A DNA stretch of 64,000 nt from Vulcanimicrobiota bacterium (GCA_003135555.1 PLCF01000085.1:88587-152586), one strand, 5' to 3'. Shown: positions 37,953 through 51,193, numbered from the stretch's first letter. Numbers and translations: made by a program. The notes: generated by a model from the letters alone, not told the origin.

Positions 37953-39545
37953 ATGAGCGAGCCGGTCTTGCTGGTCCTGGGGCTCGCGGCGGCGGTCGCG
38001 TTCGCGATCGTCTCCAAGCGGCTCGGGGTTCCGTACCCGATCGTGTTCGTGCTCGCGGGCGCCGCGCTGGCGTTCGTGCCGGGGCTGCCGCCGGTGCGCA
38101 TCGCGCCCGACTGGATCTTCCTGTCGATCCTGCCGCCGCTGCTCTTTAGCGGCGGCTGGACGACCGACCTGACGCTCTTTCGCGCCAACCTGCGGCCGAT
38201 TCTGTTGCTGGCGGTCGGACTGGTGGTCGCCAGCACTGCGGCGGTCGCGCTGCTCGCGCACGCCGTCGTCCCCGGGCTGGGCTGGGCCGCCGCTTTCGTG
38301 TTGGGCGCGATCGTCTCGCCGACCGATGCGATCGCCGCGATCGCCACCTTCGAACGCTTCGCGGTCCCGCGCCGCATCGTCGCGATCCTCGAAGGCGAGG
38401 GCCTCGTCAACGACGCGGCGGCGCTGGTGATCTACGCCTACGCGGTCGGCGCCGTCGTCGCCGGCGGGTTCTCGCTGCTCGACGCTGCCGGTTCGTTCGT
38501 CGTCGTCGCGCTGGGCGGCATCCTGGTGGGGATCGCGATCGAGTGGTGCGTCGAGCGGCTCGCGCGCGTGCTCGACCGGCTCGAGTTGAGCGATTCGCTC
38601 ATCGACAACTTGATCATCATCGCCACCCCCTATGCCGCGTATCTGAGCGCCCAAGCGCTGCACGTCTCGCCCGTGCTGGCCGCGGTCGTCGCCGGGATCC
38701 AATTGGGGCGGCGCTCGGCCGTCATCTACTCGCCCGAGACGCGGCTCGTCGGCGAGAACGTCTGGCGGTTGTGGATCTACGTCATCAACGCGTTCGTCTT
38801 CATGGCGATCGGCCTGCAGCTGCGCGGTTTCGTGCACGGCGGCGCGCACGCGGCGGCGGCCCTGCTGCCGGCCGCGCTGGCGATCAGCGTGGTGCTCATC
38901 GTCGTGCGGCTGCTGTGGATCTTCCCGATGGCCTGGCTGCCGCGCGCGCTGATACGCCGGCTGCGCCGCGACGATCCGATGCCGCCGCTCGCCGACGTCG
39001 CGCTGATCGGCTGGACCGGGATGCGCGGCATCGTCTCGCTCGCGGCGGCGCTCGCGATTCCGTTGTACGCGATGAACGGCGCGCCGTTCCCGGCGCGCGA
39101 CGCCATCGTCTTCATCACCTTCGTGGTGATCTTCGTGACCTTGGTCGGACAAGGGCTCACGCTCGCCCCGCTGGTGAAGTGGTTGCGGCTCGGACGCGAA
39201 GGCGACGGCGAACAACGCGAGATCGAGGTCCGCGTCGCGGCGCTCGAAGCCGGCGTCGCCAAACTCGACGAGTTGCGCGCTGCGGCCCACAGCGACGCCG
39301 AGCACGAAGTGATCGAACGGCTGCGCGACGAGTACGTGCACCGGATCGATCACCTGCGGTCGCATCGGCCTCAGGCGCAGCCGCATGAAACCGCGGCGAG
39401 CCGCTTCGACCACGTCGCGCAGAACGAAGCGCTGCTCGCCGAGCGCCAAGCGATCATGCGATTGCGCGACCGCGGCGAAATCCCCGACGAGATCTTCCGC
39501 AAGGTGCAGTACGATCTCGATCTGGCCGAGACGCGCTTGTTCTGA
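37953..39545 (+). CDS. Na+/H+ antiporter, CPA1 (YjcE/NhaP-like)
   Basis: LPPLLF, GAIVSPTD, LEGEGLVNDA, GMRGIVSLAAAL, C-terminal LDLAE. Confidence 0.92.
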   Translation: MSEPVLLVLGLAAAVAFAIVSKRLGVPYPIVFVLAGAALAFVPGLPPVRIAPDWIFLSILPPLLFSGGWTTDLTLFRANLRPILLLAVGLVVASTAAVALLAHAVVPGLGWAAAFVLGAIVSPTDAIAAIATFERFAVPRRIVAILEGEGLVNDAAALVIYAYAVGAVVAGGFSLLDAAGSFVVVALGGILVGIAIEWCVERLARVLDRLELSDSLIDNLIIIATPYAAYLSAQALHVSPVLAAVVAGIQLGRRSAVIYSPETRLVGENVWRLWIYVINAFVFMAIGLQLRGFVHGGAHAAAALLPAALAISVVLIVVRLLWIFPMAWLPRALIRRLRRDDPMPPLADVALIGWTGMRGIVSLAAALAIPLYAMNGAPFPARDAIVFITFVVIFVTLVGQGLTLAPLVKWLRLGREGDGEQREIEVRVAALEAGVAKLDELRAAAHSDAEHEVIERLRDEYVHRIDHLRSHRPQAQPHETAASRFDHVAQNEALLAERQAIMRLRDRGEIPDEIFRKVQYDLDLAETRLF

Positions 39546-39689
39546 CGCCGGAGGTGCCGGGCGGGGCTGCGCGGAGCGGCCGCGCGCTTGCGTTGCCGGA
39601 CACCTGCGAGGGTCTCCTCGGCGGGACGCCAAGCGAAGAATCTGCACGAAACCCTTCCGCCGGTGAGCGCGATCCGCTAGAATGCCGCG

Positions 39690-41240
39690 GTGAACCAAGG
39701 GACTGCGCGGGCGTCGAGGTCCTATTTGCGGCTCGTTACGCTCGCGGTGCTGATCCCGAGTTGGATGGCACTCATCGACGGGACGGTCGTCAATGTCGGG
39801 CTCGATACGATCGCCGGCAACCTCGGCGTGTCGATCGACGAGATCTCGTGGATTTCTTCGATCTACGTCCTCGCCGGTTTGTTCGTCATGCCCTTGACCG
39901 GCTGGGCGGCGGCGAACTTCGGGCGCAAGAAGGCGATGCTCTTCGCGATCGCGGTCTTCAGTGTCGCGTCGCTGTTGTGCGCGCTCTCGACGTCGCTGCT
40001 CGAGCTCACCGCGATGCGGTTCCTGCAGGGCGTCGGCGGCGGATTGATGCTGCCGTTGGCGATGGCGGCGCTCGTCGACGCGTACCCGGCCGCGGAGTTG
40101 TCGCGGGCCTTCAAAACCTACGGCGTCGCCGTCATGGTCGGCCCGGCGATCGGGCCGGCGCTGGGCGGCTGGATGCTCGCGAACGCGAGCTGGCCCTGGA
40201 TCTTCCTCATCAACGTGCCGCTGGGCATCGTGTCGTTGTTCCTGGTCGGGAGCGTGTTGCGCGACCAGAGCGAGCGCGGCGAGCGCAGCCCCTTCGACTG
40301 GACCTCGCTGGCGATCATGATCGCCGGCTTCGCCGGGTTGCAGTTTGTGTTGCAGGAGGGGCCGCGTCAGGAGTGGTTCGCGTCCCCGAGCGTCGCCGGC
40401 GCGTTCGTCGTCTCGGTGCTTGCGCTCTACGTGTTCGTGCGCATCCAGCTCGCCGCCCGAGTCCCGTTCGTCGATTTTCGCCCGCTGGCGATTCCGTCGT
40501 ACGCCGTCGCGATCGTGCTGGCGGTGATCACCGGGATCGGGTTCACCGGGACCGCGCTCATCGTGCCGCTCTACATGCAAGACGTGCTCAGGTACGCGCC
40601 CGACCTGGCGGGCTACATCATGGTTCCAGCCGCGGTCGGCAGCATCATCGGCACCGAGCTCTCCGGGCGGCTGAGCAAGACCGTCGCGCCGATCTGGGTC
40701 GCCGCGGTCAGCCTCGCGCTGTGCGCGGCGGGTACGCTGTGGTTCGCCTATCTGGGCGACCGGGCCGGATTCGATCACGCGCTGCTGCCGCGCTTCATGC
40801 AAGGGATCGGGATCGGTTTGCTCTACGTTCCGCTCAATGTGCTGATGATGGCGCACGTGCCCAAGCGCTTGGTCGACGCCGCCTCGGGGCTGGGCAGTCT
40901 GGCGCGTCAGGTCGGGATCGGCTTCGGCTTCGCGATTCTGAGCAGCCTGGTGGTGCACAGCCGCATCGCCACCCTGGCCGCCGCGGCCTCGCGCATGCGG
41001 CACACGACGGTCAACGATCCCGGCGTCGCCGCGATCGAGCGCTGGTTCACCGCGCACGGCTATTCGGCCGCTGACGCGGCCACGATGTCGGCGTCGGTGC
41101 TGCAGGAGCTGGTCGTGCGCGCCGCCACGTCGGCGGCATATTCGGAGACCTTCGTGATCGTGGCGTTGCTGTTCGTGCTGTCGATTCCGTTCCTGATCTT
41201 GTTTCGCTGGGCGCCCCGCAAGGAAGCGCGGTCCGCATGA
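39690..41240 (+). CDS. DHA2 MFS efflux permease (EmrB/QacA family)
   Basis: DGTVVNVGL, RFLQGVGGG, GPAIGPALGG, WPWIFLINVPLG; TAGAAT 6 nt upstream of the GTG. Confidence 0.92.
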   Translation: MNQGTARASRSYLRLVTLAVLIPSWMALIDGTVVNVGLDTIAGNLGVSIDEISWISSIYVLAGLFVMPLTGWAAANFGRKKAMLFAIAVFSVASLLCALSTSLLELTAMRFLQGVGGGLMLPLAMAALVDAYPAAELSRAFKTYGVAVMVGPAIGPALGGWMLANASWPWIFLINVPLGIVSLFLVGSVLRDQSERGERSPFDWTSLAIMIAGFAGLQFVLQEGPRQEWFASPSVAGAFVVSVLALYVFVRIQLAARVPFVDFRPLAIPSYAVAIVLAVITGIGFTGTALIVPLYMQDVLRYAPDLAGYIMVPAAVGSIIGTELSGRLSKTVAPIWVAAVSLALCAAGTLWFAYLGDRAGFDHALLPRFMQGIGIGLLYVPLNVLMMAHVPKRLVDAASGLGSLARQVGIGFGFAILSSLVVHSRIATLAAAASRMRHTTVNDPGVAAIERWFTAHGYSAADAATMSASVLQELVVRAATSAAYSETFVIVALLFVLSIPFLILFRWAPRKEARSA

Positions 41241-42547
41241 GCGCCGGCCTGACGGTGACCCGCCGCGTGTGGCTGCGCGTGCTCGCGGGCGCGGCGGTGC
41301 TGGTCGTCGGCGCGTACTTTGCCGGGCACTGGCTGCTCTACGATCGCCATCGCGTCTACACCGACGACGCCATGATCGACACCGACCAAGTGTTCGTGAC
41401 GAGTCGCATCGCCGAGCGCATCGCCCGGGTGCTCGTCGAGCAGAATCAGTTCGTGCATCGCGGTCAGCTGCTGGTCGCCCTCGACGACGCCAACGAGCGC
41501 GCGGCGCTCGACCTCGCGCAGAGCAACTTGCGCTCCCTGCGCGCCGGCGCGAGCGCGGCGCGTCACGCCGCGACGCTCGAAGGCGAGCTGCAGTCGGCGC
41601 AGGTGCGCGAGGGAACGGGCGGGGTCGAGATCGCGCGTCAGTCGACGTCGCTCTCGCGTTCGCAGGCCGATGCCGCGCAGCGCGCGATCGCGGTCGCGCA
41701 AGCGCAGGTCGCGGCGGCAGAGTCCGGGTTGGCGTCCGCGACGGCCGCGGTTCCGGCGGCGGCCGAGGCGTTGAAGAAGGCCGAAGCGGATCGCAATCGC
41801 GCGCTCGTTCTGGCACGCGAAGGATACGTTGCGACCTCGGCCGTCGACACCGCGCTAGCGGCGGTCTCGCAGGCTCGCGCCACCTACGACGCCGCGGTCG
41901 CGCAGGTGAAGACCGCGCGCGCCGCGGTCACGATGGCCGTCGCGGCGCTGGCGCAACAGCGCGCGAACGTCGTCGCGGCGCAGCGTGGTACGAGCGCCTC
42001 GGCGGCGCAGATCCCGATGGCGCAGGCCAAGGTCGACGAGTCCGCGGCGCCGTCGCGGGTGGTCAACAAGCAAGACACGGCGGTCGCCGCCGATGCGCAA
42101 GCCGACGCGATGGGCGCACAGGTTCGTCTGGCCCAGCTGGCGTTGCGCGACACGCGCATCACGGCGCCTGTCGACGGCTGGGTCTCGGCGCGCAACGCCG
42201 AGGCGGGCCAGACGCTCACCCCGGGCCAAGCCGTCGTGACGATCTCGCCGGCCAACCGCATCTACGTCACGGCGAACTACAAGGAGACGCAGATCCATCG
42301 CATCCATCCCGGCATGCGCGCCGAGATCAGCGTCGACGCTTGCGGCGGCGCGAAGGTGCAAGGCACGGTGATCGGGTTCGCGCCGGTCGCGCAGAACGCA
42401 CTCTCAACGCTCCCGACCCTCTCCGCACCGACCAACTTCGTGAAAGTAGCGCAGCGCGTCCCCGTCCGAATCTCGCTGCCGCGCGACGCGGGTACGTGCG
42501 TTTTCCGCCCCGGCACCGCCGTTGAGACGGCGGTCGTCGCGGACTAG
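41237..42547 (+). CDS. HlyD/EmrA-family membrane fusion protein
   Basis: N-terminal TM, YTDDA, long coiled coil, ITAPVDG, ANYKETQ, NFVKVAQRVPVRI. Confidence 0.92.
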   Translation: MSAGLTVTRRVWLRVLAGAAVLVVGAYFAGHWLLYDRHRVYTDDAMIDTDQVFVTSRIAERIARVLVEQNQFVHRGQLLVALDDANERAALDLAQSNLRSLRAGASAARHAATLEGELQSAQVREGTGGVEIARQSTSLSRSQADAAQRAIAVAQAQVAAAESGLASATAAVPAAAEALKKAEADRNRALVLAREGYVATSAVDTALAAVSQARATYDAAVAQVKTARAAVTMAVAALAQQRANVVAAQRGTSASAAQIPMAQAKVDESAAPSRVVNKQDTAVAADAQADAMGAQVRLAQLALRDTRITAPVDGWVSARNAEAGQTLTPGQAVVTISPANRIYVTANYKETQIHRIHPGMRAEISVDACGGAKVQGTVIGFAPVAQNALSTLPTLSAPTNFVKVAQRVPVRISLPRDAGTCVFRPGTAVETAVVAD

Positions 42548-42556
42548 CCGCGTACC

Positions 42557-42668
42557 AAAGTAACGTTGCTTAACTCGCTTAGCAGATTATTGCTACTGCG
42601 CCGTTTGCACGCCGATTCTGCGCCCGTACTGAACAGGAGTTCAGGCAGCGTTCGGAAAGTGACGTTGC
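42557..42668 (+). promoter_or_regulatory. Operator-rich region: 13-bp direct repeats and a GAAC-N4-GTTC palindrome
   Basis: AAAGTAACGTTGC (42557-42569) and AAAGTGACGTTGC (42656-42668); CTGAAC-AGGA-GTTCAG (42629-42644). Confidence 0.5.
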
Positions 42669-42770
42669 GATGGGCCGCGCCGGGGAATTCTGCGGCTTGT
42701 CGCGCCCTTGCGGGCTCGGTCAGGTGATCGGTGCGTCGGTAGAGCGCGGCGGCCGCTTCCAACCAGGACG

Positions 42771-44258
42771 ATGCTGAACGGTCCCGAGCACCAGCCGATC
42801 GTTTCGCTGGAGCGCTTCTATGAGGTCGCAAGCGAGGGCCACCCGGCCGAGATCGATGCGCTGCTAGCGCGTTTTCCGGCCTCGGCGCGGATCCGCGATC
42901 CGATTGCGATTGGCTTGCGAGCGATGAAGTCGGTGACGGGCGGCGATATCCCGGGTGGCCTGGCGCTCCTGAAGCGCGCGGTGGGCCACTGCGAAGGCAG
43001 CGTGCGCCAATATCTTCTCGAGCTCCTTATCCCCTTGCTTTTCAGCACGCACCAAATTGACGCGGCAGAAGAAGCGCTCGATGAGGTCACCGATGAGGTT
43101 GCGGAGCTGCGGCCGGCCTTCGCCGCTTTGCGAGCCGTGGTTGCCGCCCGCAAAGGAAACGACACAGCCAGCGCCTGGTTCGCTCGCGAGGCGCTCGCGA
43201 CAGGGCGCGGGGTCGACAATCCGATCATTGTCGGTAAGGTACTGCAGCGCACCGCGATGGCGGCATTCTATCGTGAAGACTTCGAAGAAGCGCAGGATCG
43301 CGCGCTCGAATCGGCACGGTGGCACGAGCGCCTCGAATCACACCGCAACGCCGCGCGGTCATACTCGATCCTGTACGTCATCGCCCACGACCTCGTCGGC
43401 GATGCAGACGTGGCGAGGTACTATGCTCGACGCATGACCATGAGTGCGCACCTCGCGGAAGACCGGTCGTTGGAGAACTGGGGCGTGCTGGCACAGCTCG
43501 ACGTCGCTGCCGAGGCAGGCGACGAACGGCGTCTGACATCGCTGCGCGGCCGTCTCCTGGCCAACCCGCTCAACGAACAATACTACCGCGAACGCTTTCA
43601 GTACATGATCGCCGACGTGCTTTCTCAAGGCTGGAGCGGCCGCTTCGACGCCGTTCGCGTTGCCTTGACGTCGCTTCGGAACGTGCAAGACCTTTCGCTT
43701 GCAGAGCGCTCGCTGTGCGACGCGCTCTTGGCAGTCGTCGCGCTGTCGGTCTGGCACACCGACCTGGCTCGGCGATTGGCGCGCCGCACCATCAGCCAAA
43801 CAGTCGAGCGTTCCGGGAAGGAGGCGCTCTTCGACGCCCGCCGCCGGCGCCTGGCGCGCATCCTCGCAGCCGCGGTCTGCCTCGTCATCGGCGACACGGT
43901 GCGCGGCCGGCGTGCGCTATCGCGGGCGGCCGATCCCGAGCAGATATTCGCGGGGATCATCGACGTTCACGGCATGGACGAAAGCCGCACGCCCCCCGTT
44001 ATGCTCGGCTACGCGAAATTCCTCAACGAGGCGTGTCGTGCCGCGAGCAGCGCGCGCCCGCGTCACGGGTTGACAGTTGCCGAACTCGAGATCCTCAACG
44101 CCTTGCCTGCCGGGCTGACCCTGGCCGCAATCGCATCCACGCTTGGTAAGTCGAAGAAGACGGTCGAGCGACAAGTGGGAAACATCTATGCCAAGCTGCA
44201 GGTCGGCAACCGGGCGCAAGCGATCCAGCGCGCGCGGGACCTCGGCATCTACTCCTAA
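42771..44258 (+). CDS. Helical-repeat (TPR-like) protein with C-terminal LuxR HTH
   Basis: All-alpha N-region (AMAAFYREDFEEAQDRALESARW); LTVAELEILNALPAGLTLAAIASTLGKSKKTVERQVGNIYAKLQV; no NTPase or receiver motif. Confidence 0.85.
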   Translation: MLNGPEHQPIVSLERFYEVASEGHPAEIDALLARFPASARIRDPIAIGLRAMKSVTGGDIPGGLALLKRAVGHCEGSVRQYLLELLIPLLFSTHQIDAAEEALDEVTDEVAELRPAFAALRAVVAARKGNDTASAWFAREALATGRGVDNPIIVGKVLQRTAMAAFYREDFEEAQDRALESARWHERLESHRNAARSYSILYVIAHDLVGDADVARYYARRMTMSAHLAEDRSLENWGVLAQLDVAAEAGDERRLTSLRGRLLANPLNEQYYRERFQYMIADVLSQGWSGRFDAVRVALTSLRNVQDLSLAERSLCDALLAVVALSVWHTDLARRLARRTISQTVERSGKEALFDARRRRLARILAAAVCLVIGDTVRGRRALSRAADPEQIFAGIIDVHGMDESRTPPVMLGYAKFLNEACRAASSARPRHGLTVAELEILNALPAGLTLAAIASTLGKSKKTVERQVGNIYAKLQVGNRAQAIQRARDLGIYS

Positions 44259-44393
44259 ACCTTCGCGGCCGACAAACCCGGTCGCGACGCGGCTTTTCGG
44301 CGGGAATGAGGCGTACGCCCCATGCGCGGGGCGGTGCCTATCGCATATGCTCTCCGTACTTCCCTCCCCCGGAGCTTTCTAGGAGAGCCGGTT

Positions 44394-44486
44394 ATGGTTG
44401 ATTTATCGCACCTGTTGGGGTCGGTCCTCAACACGGTGCTTGCCCTCGTCCACGGCACGGGCAGCATCCCCCCGATCCTGGGTTAA
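44394..44486 (+). CDS. Small peptide MVDLSHLLGSVLNTVLALVHGTGSIPPILG (30 aa)
   Basis: Translated by hand; AGGAGA RBS, TATGCT -10-like hexamer at 44346-44351; next gene starts 6 nt after the stop. Confidence 0.7.
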   Translation: MVDLSHLLGSVLNTVLALVHGTGSIPPILG

Positions 44487-44492
44487 CGCGCC

Positions 44493-44867
44493 ATGTATCA
44501 GCTAGCAGAAGACCGCCGCCCGATCGACAAGACGCGGCTTTTCATCGACTCGTGCACCTCGATGCTCCCGACCGCGGAGAACATGCACCTCGTTCGCTCC
44601 GCAGCCGCGTTGGTTCGCAGCGTCGTCAACGGCGCCGACATCAAGCCCCTGCGCGAACTCGTTCGCTGCGCCGGTGAGTGGTGCGCTGAGATCGACGACG
44701 TGCTCGCAGCCGCCGGCCAGACCGTGGTCGACGAGATGTCCGAGCTGTCGCGTATCAACCTTCACGACGTCATTCGTCGCGTCGCCCAAATCGAGCGTGA
44801 CGTGCTCGCGACCACCGGGTGTCGCCGTGATATGGAAGGGAACGTCCGCACCGCTTACGCAGGGTAG
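44493..44867 (+). CDS. Hypothetical all-alpha protein (124 aa)
   Basis: GC3-biased ORF between the peptide gene and the HD-GYP gene. Confidence 0.65.
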   Translation: MYQLAEDRRPIDKTRLFIDSCTSMLPTAENMHLVRSAAALVRSVVNGADIKPLRELVRCAGEWCAEIDDVLAAAGQTVVDEMSELSRINLHDVIRRVAQIERDVLATTGCRRDMEGNVRTAYAG

Positions 44868-44931
44868 CGCACGCCGCGGCACCCGCGCCGCACAGCGTCG
44901 CTCTGCGAACCGCAAAGACGGATCTACGCGC

Positions 44932-45987
44932 ATGCATGACGACAACCGCTCGCACGGCCACACCAGCCGCGCTCAGATAGCCGAACTCCTCGACGAACGA
45001 CGCGTCGAGGTCGCCAACGCCATTGTCGCACGGATGCGCCAATGCGATGAAGTTTGCGTGTCGCCGCTCATCGTGCGCACGCTGGTCCATGCGCTCTCGC
45101 AATCGATCGCCGAGAGCTCGCCCGACGTCGTGGTCCATTGGTCCCGCATGGTCTCACACGCGCACCCAGCGCCGATCGTCCTGGCGATGGTCGAGACCGC
45201 CTGCGAGGTCGCCGAAGAGCTCGCGCACGCCGAGCACGCCGACATGGCGACGATCGTCGTCTTCCTCGAGATCGTCAAGTCGCGCGCCGCGACGCAGTCC
45301 CTCGATGACGTGGTGTCGTCGGGCGCGGACGAGCCGGCGCTGCAGACCGCGATCCAGAGTTTGCTCGCGATGCTGCGCGCACGCGACGACGCAACGTGCA
45401 ATCATTCACGCGCCACGGGCGAGTGGGGCGGACGAATCGCGCGCCGGATGGGCCTGGCCCCCGGAGTGTGCGAACGCATCGTCAAAGCCGGCATCCTCCA
45501 CGACATCGGCAAGATCCGCGTCCCCGACGCGATCCTGTTCAAGCCTTCCGCCCTCGAGGCCGACGAGTGGGAGATCATGAAGCGCCACGCGCAATCCGGC
45601 GCCGACATCCTCTCGGAGATCCCCGCGCTCGCCGAGTACGCGCCGATCGTGGTCACGCATCACGAGCGCTTCGACGGCCGCGGCTACCCGTTCGGTCTGT
45701 TCGGTGAAGAGATCTCGCTGGAGTCGCGGGTGGTATCCGTCGCCGACTCCTTCCACGCCATGGTGAGCGACCGCCCCTACCGCCGCGCGCTGACCTACGG
45801 CGAGGCGATCGCGGCGTTGACCGACGGGCGCGGACAGCAGTGGGATGCCGAGATCACCGACATCATGGTCGCGCTGGCGGCCGAGGAGCGCAACACCTCC
45901 GCCGACGCCGGCCTGATGGCGATCTCGACCTCGTTCTTCGCCGACCCGGCCCGCATCTCGCTCCCCGGAAGCTTGCGCGCGATCTAG
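44932..45987 (+). CDS. HD-GYP domain phosphohydrolase with helical N-terminal domain
   Basis: HS.., LHDIGK, HHERFDGRGYP, VADSFHAMVSDRPYR motifs. Confidence 0.92.
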   Translation: MHDDNRSHGHTSRAQIAELLDERRVEVANAIVARMRQCDEVCVSPLIVRTLVHALSQSIAESSPDVVVHWSRMVSHAHPAPIVLAMVETACEVAEELAHAEHADMATIVVFLEIVKSRAATQSLDDVVSSGADEPALQTAIQSLLAMLRARDDATCNHSRATGEWGGRIARRMGLAPGVCERIVKAGILHDIGKIRVPDAILFKPSALEADEWEIMKRHAQSGADILSEIPALAEYAPIVVTHHERFDGRGYPFGLFGEEISLESRVVSVADSFHAMVSDRPYRRALTYGEAIAALTDGRGQQWDAEITDIMVALAAEERNTSADAGLMAISTSFFADPARISLPGSLRAI

Positions 45988-45988
45988 G

Positions 45989-49546
<3,558 letters not shown>

Positions 49547-49600
49547 AGGCCACCGAGGATATCACGGCGCGGTCGCCGTCGCCATGCCTCTGCGGCCGGG

Positions 49601-51151
49601 TCAGCGCTCCAGGCGGACCGGGATCGTATAGGTGCTGGTTCGGCCGTCGCCCGTCGAGGCGATGAACTCGATGTCGTAGTTGCGGTTGAGCAAGAAGAAC
49701 GGGATGCCGCCGGGCAGCTGTTCCTGGCCCGCGAACACGCCCGGCGACATCTGCGGGATGCCGATCTCCCGGCCCATCGTGCGTGCGATCAAGGTGACGA
49801 CGTCGGGGCTCGTCATGACGCGCACCAGCAGCCAGCCGCCCTTGTGCAGCACCCGGTCGTTGAGCGCGATCTCGGTGATCCTAGGCGCGCCGTTGGGCCC
49901 GGGCGTCGGCGTTACGAAATAGGTGAACGGGTTGGGCGTGCCGGTGGCCTGCGGCGAGGGCGACGGTGGTACCGGCGTGGTGGTGGCCGCCGGCGTCGGG
50001 GCCTGGGTCGGCGCCGGCGCCGCGGTCCGCGCGACCGGCGGCGGCTGCGGCTGGGGGGCGGGTGCGGGCTGCCACAGCGCCACGGCCAGCGGGATCACGT
50101 ACAGGGCGAGCATCGTTCCTCCCACCAACGCCGGGTTCGCGAGGTCCGTTCCCGGGCCGAGATCCCCAACGTACCCCGCCAGCCCGGTGATCGAGGCGGC
50201 GAGGAGCGCGCGGGAGGCGGGCGTCCAATCCGCCAGCGCCACGACGCCGACCAGCCAGACCGCATACCAAGGCTCGGGCGACGGCAGGAGCAGCCAGCCC
50301 GCCAGCGCCGACCCGGCGAGCAGGTCGCTGTGGCGCCAGGCCTGCACGAGAGCGGCGATCGCCGCCGCCGCGAGCCCGGCCCCCACCACGAGCGGGAGCG
50401 GCGAGCCGCACCACGCCGCGAGCGCCGGCGCGTGCACCAGCGAGATTCTGGGCGGACCGCCGGAGCGGTCGAGCCCGTGCGCGAGCACGGACCACACCAG
50501 CGGCGCGTAGGCGGCGACGAGGGCGAGCAGGGTCGCGCTCGCCGCGACGAGCCGCCGGCGGCGCGGCTGGATCGCGAGGGCGGCTGCCAGCGGTACGAGC
50601 GCGACCGCCTTCACGGTCGCCGCGGCCGCCAGCACCGCCAGGCGCAGCCGCTGGTCGCGGACCCGGTCGGCCGCCAGCACGAGCGCCAGCCACCAGACAT
50701 CGTTGTGGCCCTCCGCCGCGCTCCAGAGGACCACCGGGTGGTAGGCGAGCAGCGTAGCGAGCCGCCGGCGCGTCCGAGCCGCCAGCGCGACGCAGGCCAG
50801 TAGCGCCAGGGCGGACGCGATCCGCAGCGCCATGACGATCCCGCCCGGTCCCAGCGGCCGCAGCGCCGCTACCAGCAGCGCGCACGGCAGCGTGAAGGCC
50901 GGGCCGTAGACGTCGCGGGGCAACGAGCCGTCCCAGGCCTGCAAGGCGGCGTCGAGCAGCGGGTCGTGCAGCGTCGTGACGTCGGCGGTGCGGTACGCGC
51001 GCGCCCAGGGGTCGATCCCGTGGCCGAGCAGCGCGCCGTACGCGGCGTACGCCCAGACGTCGGCCGAGAGGCGCAGGGGCACCGCCAGCGCGCACGCGAG
51101 CGCGAGCGCTGCGACGACGAGCCGAGACGACACGCCCAGGCGAGCGAGCAC
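49601..51151 (-). CDS. GT-C-type membrane glycosyltransferase (MptA/B-like) fused via a Pro/Thr linker to a beta-sandwich domain
   Basis: SADVWAY..G.DPW, VYGP, EGHND, PWY motifs; PT-rich linker; C-terminal domain resembles 54560-54952. Confidence 0.72.
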   Translation of the reverse strand: MLARLGVSSRLVVAALALACALAVPLRLSADVWAYAAYGALLGHGIDPWARAYRTADVTTLHDPLLDAALQAWDGSLPRDVYGPAFTLPCALLVAALRPLGPGGIVMALRIASALALLACVALAARTRRRLATLLAYHPVVLWSAAEGHNDVWWLALVLAADRVRDQRLRLAVLAAAATVKAVALVPLAAALAIQPRRRRLVAASATLLALVAAYAPLVWSVLAHGLDRSGGPPRISLVHAPALAAWCGSPLPLVVGAGLAAAAIAALVQAWRHSDLLAGSALAGWLLLPSPEPWYAVWLVGVVALADWTPASRALLAASITGLAGYVGDLGPGTDLANPALVGGTMLALYVIPLAVALWQPAPAPQPQPPPVARTAAPAPTQAPTPAATTTPVPPSPSPQATGTPNPFTYFVTPTPGPNGAPRITEIALNDRVLHKGGWLLVRVMTSPDVVTLIARTMGREIGIPQMSPGVFAGQEQLPGGIPFFLLNRNYDIEFIASTGDGRTSTYTIPVRLER

Positions 51152-51193
51152 GCCGAGGGCTTCGCGCCCCGGGCGCGCGAATCCGACGCGACG

